In this document: positions 58,330 to 64,000 of the stretch, piece by piece
Position numbering within the stretch: position 1 is the first letter of the stretch
How the letters are laid out: each line of letters opens with the position of its first letter
Virus record (IMG/VR): IMGVR_UViG_3300022660_000042
DNA: 64,000 nt
From: a virus
Taxonomy: Duplodnaviria > Heunggongvirae > Uroviricota > Caudoviricetes
Strand: one strand, 5' to 3'
Translations under genes and position numbers: made by a program
The notes under the pieces: generated by a model
Databases searched by the model: none
Seen by the model: only the letters and a program-made list of their open reading frames with translations
What the model was told of the DNA's origin: nothing

Positions 58330-59220
58330 ATGATTAAATACAAAACCATCCACGTCGACACCACTTCCCTTGACAACATCTTCAAGAATGTTCTCGACCT
58401 TCACAAGAAGGTAAGCGACATCAAGTGCCCGACGCTCCAGTGTCCGCAACCTGATACTCCGGAAGTCAAAAAGTACCAAGAAGACCGAGCAAAGGCGACA
58501 GTCAAAGTCAGACTGGAACAGGTCAAATACATGAAGGAATTCTTCAAGCTGTTCAAGGACCGTTACATCAAGCTGTGCTGGCAGGGACAGAAGGCAAGGT
58601 ATTACCATATCGGTGACGTGAACATTAAGGCTGTGCCGAAGAAAAAGATTGACCAATGTACTTGGTGGGAACAGACGTTCGCGATTGACGAAAACAAAAC
58701 CTACTTGGCGACATCTTCCAATACTGTGTCTTTGTCCACAAGCTTTGTCGATGCGTATGTTCGTGGTTCCAGAGTCCCGGGTGGTTTCCCGTTCAGTGAA
58801 TACAACACCATGTACATTACGGAAATTACCAAGAAGGAATTCGCCGCCATCGACAAGACTGCACTTCCCGAAGGCATTAACCATAACGTATCGTGTGCCA
58901 TCAGCCCGTGGGTAATGAAAAATGGCGGTAACATTACCGACCGTGCCGAATTGAAACGTCTTGAACTTGAAATTACGCTCGCCAACAAGCAGCTTGCTTT
59001 GGTCAAGGAACGTAAGAACAACTTCTGCATCCGTCAAAACCAGGTCGAAACGATTAAGAAGGCACCAAAGGAAGTAAAGACTGCGTTCAAGTATGCGTTC
59101 AAGGACCAGATTGAAAAGTCTGACCACAAGATTGAACTTCTTGAAAAACAGATCGCGAAGTACAAGGACGAACTTAAAAATAAAACCTATCTTGATAAGG
59201 TTGACAAGAAAAAGAAATAA
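58330..59220 (+). CDS. hypothetical protein with C-terminal coiled coil
   Basis: 296 aa; hairpin promoter. Confidence 0.8.
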   Translation: MIKYKTIHVDTTSLDNIFKNVLDLHKKVSDIKCPTLQCPQPDTPEVKKYQEDRAKATVKVRLEQVKYMKEFFKLFKDRYIKLCWQGQKARYYHIGDVNIKAVPKKKIDQCTWWEQTFAIDENKTYLATSSNTVSLSTSFVDAYVRGSRVPGGFPFSEYNTMYITEITKKEFAAIDKTALPEGINHNVSCAISPWVMKNGGNITDRAELKRLELEITLANKQLALVKERKNNFCIRQNQVETIKKAPKEVKTAFKYAFKDQIEKSDHKIELLEKQIAKYKDELKNKTYLDKVDKKKK

Positions 59221-59238
59221 AGCTATATTGATAGCGTT

Positions 59239-59312
59239 GGATGGATAGCTCAATCGGTTAGAGCTCCGGACTCATAACCCGTAGGTTCTCGGTTCAAGTC
59301 CGAGTCCATCCA
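59239..59312 (+). tRNA. tRNA with CAT anticodon (Met or Ile2)
   Basis: GGATGGA/TCCATCC acceptor, GCTC/GAGC D stem, CTCATAA loop, CTCGG-TTCAAGT-CCGAG T arm; TTGACA-N17-TATATT promoter. Confidence 0.9.
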
Positions 59313-59319
59313 TGAAAGC

Positions 59320-59392
59320 CTTCAGGTAACACTGAAGGTTTTTTCTTTATATAATCGGTTTACAACTTCTAAGTATTTAACTATATTTAGAA
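59320..59392 (+). repeat. 73-bp direct repeat, copy 1 (terminator plus promoter cassette)
   Basis: identical to 60143-60215. Confidence 0.95.
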
Positions 59393-59412
59393 CATAAACA
59401 AGAGGTTATTAA

Positions 59413-60108
59413 ATGATAGATATAATTATTGGTTCTGCTATTAGTGCTGCAATCGCTGCTCCTGATATGGGTTCTGTATATTATACAATTAAAAATCTTG
59501 AAAGCCGTATAACAGAATCTATAAGAACTATACAAGGTCAATTGGATATTATTAAAGCATTACAAATACTTACAATTTATGGTGCAGTAAAAGATGCTAC
59601 CGGTAATATTGTATATACTGCTGAAGATAACAGTAAAATTGAATATAATATTGAACATAATGATATTCGTTGTTATTTATCAACGGGTGAATTGTTTTCA
59701 ATAAACGGAGTAAAACAAATAGTTTTTAAAGAATTTTCTGCAAATGATGGAAGCATATTTACAATAGGTTTTTGTGATGATTTTGTTGTTATAATCGCAA
59801 AAGATAAAAAAGTAATTGACATTCCAACATATTTGCCAAGAGATGAACATTTAATTGAGAAACATTGGTATAATAAGAAAAAGCGTTATAATTATTTGAT
59901 AAATATACGACAAAAGCGATTATTAAATAATAATACCGTTAAAAATTTTTTAAATAAATATCCGGAAATTATACCATATTACAATAAATGGATATTTAAC
60001 ATATATGATAAAACGTTGTTTCGAGCATTTATTGCATCACGGCTGCATGGTAATATTTCAACGTCTGCATATAATCATGTTATGTATCTGTATAATCGAA
60101 ATCGATGA
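59413..60108 (+). CDS. very AT-rich hypothetical protein flanked by direct repeats
   Basis: 231 aa; AGAGGT RBS. Confidence 0.8.
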   Translation: MIDIIIGSAISAAIAAPDMGSVYYTIKNLESRITESIRTIQGQLDIIKALQILTIYGAVKDATGNIVYTAEDNSKIEYNIEHNDIRCYLSTGELFSINGVKQIVFKEFSANDGSIFTIGFCDDFVVIIAKDKKVIDIPTYLPRDEHLIEKHWYNKKKRYNYLINIRQKRLLNNNTVKNFLNKYPEIIPYYNKWIFNIYDKTLFRAFIASRLHGNISTSAYNHVMYLYNRNR

Positions 60109-60142
60109 GATGATTTAAATAATATTTGATATTTTTCGCAAT

Positions 60143-60215
60143 CTTCAGGTAACACTGAAGGTTTTTTCTTTATATAATCGGTTTACAACTTCTAAGTATT
60201 TAACTATATTTAGAA
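60143..60215 (+). repeat. 73-bp direct repeat, copy 2
   Basis: identical to 59320-59392. Confidence 0.95.
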
Positions 60216-60216
60216 T

Positions 60217-60537
60217 ATGATAACGTTAAAGCTAAGATATGATAAGACAGTTTCGTTGAATTCTCGAGTTTGTGACATAGAGAATATATCGATGGCGTTC
60301 AGTAGGGTACTGGACGAAGGGTATATCAATGTGACAAAGAAATGTGTCCCACCGATACAGATATATACGCCGCGAAACGTGGACCAACGGATTACATTTT
60401 ACGATTCCGGACGGAAGATGAAGGAATTTGTTTTGCCGGCGAATTCGGGCGTAAAAACGTTAATTAACATGTGCGAACAGGTTAAAATGTTCAACGAGTA
60501 CGCGAAGACAATCACTGCGATAGACAATCTGAAATAA
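60217..60537 (+). CDS. small protein, CT-tag, leaderless
   Basis: ends TITAIDNLK. Confidence 0.8.
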   Translation: MITLKLRYDKTVSLNSRVCDIENISMAFSRVLDEGYINVTKKCVPPIQIYTPRNVDQRITFYDSGRKMKEFVLPANSGVKTLINMCEQVKMFNEYAKTITAIDNLK

Positions 60538-60611
60538 AATATTAAACAGGTTTTATTTACAACATTTGAATATTTAACTATATTTAGAACATAAACAAGA
60601 GGTTATTAAGT

Positions 60612-61061
60612 ATGAGACCAATAGAATTTGCAATGGTTATGAAGAATTTTCCGTATAATAATCAAACGATGATTATCCGTAAGCAGCCAAAACTTCACGG
60701 TATTGGTATCTGCACGGCCATTCAGGACTATGCCAAGGCTAACAACGTTGAATGTGTGGTAATCAATTTGGCCACATGCGATGACTTCTTCCTCCATGAA
60801 CTTGACGCATTAATAACGTTCCGCCAGGGAAAGAACTTCGTCTGTGTGTTTGATTTCACCACTGGATGTGGTAAGCCGGACAGTTCGCTCAAGGAACATC
60901 TCATGCAACTGTTGATTCATCGCGAACATAATGGCTTTAAGATTCCATATAACGTGAAGGTTGTTATCTATGACAACATCCTTGAAGAAAAAGAATACGA
61001 ACGGATTAACTTTGACGTTGCTATGATGGACAAATGTTTCGTCTGTAAGATTGAAGAATAA
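60612..61061 (+). CDS. degenerate (inactive) MoxR-like AAA domain
   Basis: aligns by eye to 45908 (HGIG, MQL, Y..D.A..D) with Walker A K->I and Walker B DE->DF. Confidence 0.65.
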   Translation: MRPIEFAMVMKNFPYNNQTMIIRKQPKLHGIGICTAIQDYAKANNVECVVINLATCDDFFLHELDALITFRQGKNFVCVFDFTTGCGKPDSSLKEHLMQLLIHREHNGFKIPYNVKVVIYDNILEEKEYERINFDVAMMDKCFVCKIEE

Positions 61062-61112
61062 AACCTTTATGGTTTTATTTACAGCTTCTGGATATTTAAC
61101 TATATTTAGAAC

Positions 61113-61655
61113 ATGAAAAAGAAATACGAATTTACGGAAATTACCGTTAACGATGCCGGATTCATCATGCATCAAATCCGAGCGCTCAAAGACTTCGATG
61201 ACGTGAAAGCTGGTGACCTTGGCGGCTTTATCCTTAACGAAAGCAATCTGTCTCACAAGGGTAATTGCTGGGTCTATCCTGGTTCTTTCATCGGAAACAA
61301 GGCCAGAGTGACCGGCAATGCAAAGGTAAAAGGCAATAGTGTTGTTCGTAATACGGCCAGGGTTTATGAAAATGCGGTCATTGACAACGGTGCGGATATT
61401 TACACCGCGGCTAGGATTCATGGCAATGCCTATGTTGGCGGTCAGTTAGAAGTTAACCGTTCAGAAATCTGTGGTGATGCTCATGTAGAAGGTCATGGTA
61501 TCGGTTGCCATATCTCAGGGCAGACAGTTATCCGTGACAATGCACATGTATACCTTGAAGAAATGTCCATCTATGGAAAGATTATCAAGGACAATGAAAA
61601 AGTTGTTAAGATTAAATCACATAAAGAAACGATGGAAGCCCTTGCCAAGCTGTAA
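61113..61655 (+). CDS. left-handed beta-helix (hexapeptide repeat) phage protein, CT-tag, leaderless
   Basis: IRALKDF..VKAGDLGG...SNLSH.GNCWV then A.V..NA.V repeats; ends KETMEALAKL. Confidence 0.85.
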   Translation: MKKKYEFTEITVNDAGFIMHQIRALKDFDDVKAGDLGGFILNESNLSHKGNCWVYPGSFIGNKARVTGNAKVKGNSVVRNTARVYENAVIDNGADIYTAARIHGNAYVGGQLEVNRSEICGDAHVEGHGIGCHISGQTVIRDNAHVYLEEMSIYGKIIKDNEKVVKIKSHKETMEALAKL

Positions 61656-61729
61656 CAAAAATCTATTCAATAAAGGTGTACAAGTTCTAAGTATTTAACT
61701 ATATTTAGAACATAACCAAGAGGTATTAA

Positions 61730-62713
61730 ATGAGCGAAAATAAAGAAAACAAAACCGAAAACAGCATGCCGAATGTCAAGAATATCAAGAAGTATTTGCC
61801 GAAGTTGCTTAAATCGGTAATCGGATTCGATAAAATCAAAGATGTGGTTAAAGATTCGAGCGGCAAGACTGTTCAGGTCAACACATCGAGCAGCACGTTT
61901 AATTATCCGAATTCATTCTATACAGGATATAACGACAAGGGTGAAGCTGTCGCCGTCTTGAAACAAGGTACGGACTGCGACAAGAAGCCTTTTACTTATG
62001 TTCAATGGGATGACCCTGCCGGCAAACATCATTTCAGTATCGGGGCGGTCGGGTATGATTTGACAATACGTCCTAACATTCCCGAACCAGTCTTGAGCGA
62101 TTTCAAAGAAGACTTTGCTGTCGAAGTTCATAACAATGACCGTAAGCAGACCCCGGATGTCAAGGTTCGTGATTTCAAGGGACGACTCGTCTTTAGCCAG
62201 ACCGAAAAGGGTGACTATACCACTTATACGTATTTGCGGAATACTAAAGCGGTCACGGACTATTCGAAAACCGAATATAATACTAAGTTGAATAAAGAAA
62301 GCAGTGGCATCAAGGAATATTATGCGACGCAGACTGTGGTTCATTACGAATACAAGGCGACCGATCCTTACTATTGCAGTAACATCATCCCGAAGTATGC
62401 TTGCGAAACGGAAAACGGTGTTCTCGTCAAGGAATTTTTCATTGAAGAAGATGCAGTCGGCGGGTTTGTGCATGTTATCGACTACAAGAATAATGAAGAA
62501 TGGTGGACTGAACGTGACTATCACTACAAATATCCGGAACAGGGTTGTGCACATCCGTCACATTTGTATATGGAAGGCGCACAGAAGTTCAAGAGCCGCG
62601 AAGAATACGATCTCTATCGAGGTAAAAAAATTGACGATATGAAAGTAAAGGAAAAGGCACGAGAAATGATGATGGCCCATCCCATGAGAATGTGCGGCCC
62701 TTGGTTCGGTTAA
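61730..62713 (+). CDS. hypothetical protein
   Basis: 327 aa; cassette-type promoter and RBS. Confidence 0.8.
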   Translation: MSENKENKTENSMPNVKNIKKYLPKLLKSVIGFDKIKDVVKDSSGKTVQVNTSSSTFNYPNSFYTGYNDKGEAVAVLKQGTDCDKKPFTYVQWDDPAGKHHFSIGAVGYDLTIRPNIPEPVLSDFKEDFAVEVHNNDRKQTPDVKVRDFKGRLVFSQTEKGDYTTYTYLRNTKAVTDYSKTEYNTKLNKESSGIKEYYATQTVVHYEYKATDPYYCSNIIPKYACETENGVLVKEFFIEEDAVGGFVHVIDYKNNEEWWTERDYHYKYPEQGCAHPSHLYMEGAQKFKSREEYDLYRGKKIDDMKVKEKAREMMMAHPMRMCGPWFG

Positions 62714-62803
62714 GCATATCTGAAGAAAAATAATTAAGACTAGAAGCTTACAACTTCTGGTCTTTTTTCTATATTAAGAATATAAACAAGAGGTAACAAA
62801 CAA

Positions 62804-63478
62804 ATGATTAACAATGAAACTATCGCTAAGGTCAATGAACAGTTCAACGATGCACTCCGTATGACAAAGGAAATGAATCACGTTTGTAAAAATGCGGACA
62901 ACGTGATGTGTACAATGAACACTATTCGCCGTAAATTCGAAGAATATTGTAACATCTATGATGAACTTACTTCGAAGCATGCAAAGAACTGCACAAGACT
63001 CATCGAAACGCAGGCTAGCCTTGCAAAGTTCATTGAAGGACCGGCTGAAGACCGTATTAAGGCCCTTGCAGAAGAATACAATTCGACTTCCGGCCCGAAG
63101 TATTCGCTTCTGTATGCATCGAACTATGTGGACCTTAAAAACGAACAGACTGAACTCGAAAAAGAAATCGTCAAGTACGAAACTGCGGCGAATGCCAAAG
63201 TAATGCTCATTGATAGCTGTCACTACGCTATCAAGAACTTGTATGTGAAGTTCCAGAACTCTATGGCCGAAGCCATCCGACAGAAAGAAGCAGTACAGAA
63301 GGAACAGGCAAAGAAGCGTATCACGGTGTTTATCGACAACAGCTGGCCGATGAGTCCTCGTCAAATCCAGCAGGCAATCGATACTCTCACCGCATTCGTA
63401 AAGGTTCAGGGTGAAGGTGATGGCCCTATCGAAAAGGGAATCGAAGGACTCAAAGCTTTGAAGAAAGGCGTCGAATAA
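62804..63478 (+). CDS. coiled-coil protein with a VWA-like C-terminal remnant
   Basis: heptads followed by ITVFIDNSWPMS. Confidence 0.7.
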   Translation: MINNETIAKVNEQFNDALRMTKEMNHVCKNADNVMCTMNTIRRKFEEYCNIYDELTSKHAKNCTRLIETQASLAKFIEGPAEDRIKALAEEYNSTSGPKYSLLYASNYVDLKNEQTELEKEIVKYETAANAKVMLIDSCHYAIKNLYVKFQNSMAEAIRQKEAVQKEQAKKRITVFIDNSWPMSPRQIQQAIDTLTAFVKVQGEGDGPIEKGIEGLKALKKGVE

Positions 63479-63617
63479 GACATCATGGACAATACCAAAT
63501 GTGTCCAGGACGGTATGTACTTCAAACTGAAGGTTGTCGAATAAAAAATTCTAATCTTTCTTTGCTTACGATATAGGATTAAATTCCTATATTATAAGCA
63601 TACAAGAGAGGTTAACA

Positions 63618-63944
63618 ATGAAAACAATTCTATTCCACGCACTTGACCAGTTTGAAATGCAGGGCATCGCCAAGATGATTAAAGATCTCAACGGCGAACT
63701 GTTCAAGATTTGCTGGTACGAAGAAGAAAGAGTAATCCGTCTTGACGAATTCGACCATGCTTTCGTGGTAAGGACCGAAGATAACGAGGTGATTATGGCT
63801 ATCCCGCGAGGACCTGACAATCTCGTTAACCGTCCGATTACTGACTTGTTCAAGCCTGACGTTACGCTTGGATGGCTGTATGCGGTCTGTTCTCTGCCGT
63901 GCATTTTTCTTAAGGGTTTTGACAAAACAAAGGAAAGAGGTTAA
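63618..63944 (+). CDS. hypothetical protein
   Basis: promoter and AGAGAGG RBS. Confidence 0.75.
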   Translation: MKTILFHALDQFEMQGIAKMIKDLNGELFKICWYEEERVIRLDEFDHAFVVRTEDNEVIMAIPRGPDNLVNRPITDLFKPDVTLGWLYAVCSLPCIFLKGFDKTKERG

Positions 63945-64000
63945 ATGAAGGCGAAACTGAATTAAAATTCTTTACTAATTTCATTTACCAAACCAACAAA

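Noticed and set aside
1-64000. Genome-wide stop-codon reassignment (TAG or TGA)
   Set aside because: Core genes are full length in the standard code, and TAG and TGA end many genes at conserved C-termini; the 35936 TGA is an isolated case

Overview
64-kb segment of a large T4-like (jumbo) myophage genome, read with the standard genetic code; host not determinable from the sequence. A conserved minus-strand DNA replication/recombination module (11.8-31.4 kb) encodes gp62, gp44, gp45, a PD-(D/E)xK nuclease, an AEP primase-like protein, a DHH phosphoesterase, gp32, gp41, an AAA ATPase, a sigma70-family factor, thyA, a dNMP kinase and gp47/gp46. It is flanked by two accessory regions. The left region (0-11 kb) holds translationally coupled arrays of ~100-aa divergent paralogues and a non-coding tandem-repeat locus (candidate origin). 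The right region (31.5-64 kb) holds mostly monocistronic genes, each behind a TTTACA/CTTACA/TTGACA-N17-TATATT promoter, plus a MoxR/VWA pair, tRNA-Leu with an adjacent HNH gene, and a tRNA(CAT). The main unexplained signal is that about 50 accessory proteins of different sizes and folds end in the same amphipathic motif ([AT]-[ILV]-[DE]-x-L-[P/G/A/K]-COOH, called 'CT-tag' here), which no core replication protein carries. Tagged genes are preferentially leaderless or translationally coupled, and one loses the tag through an in-frame TGA. Other highlights are a candidate 94-nt sRNA, a catalytically dead MoxR paralogue, terminator hairpins carrying the -35 box in the loop, and a gene cassette flanked by 73-bp direct repeats. 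All functional calls are by motif recognition only; no database searches were run. Start coordinates were adjusted from the ORF track where promoter, RBS or overlap evidence supported it.
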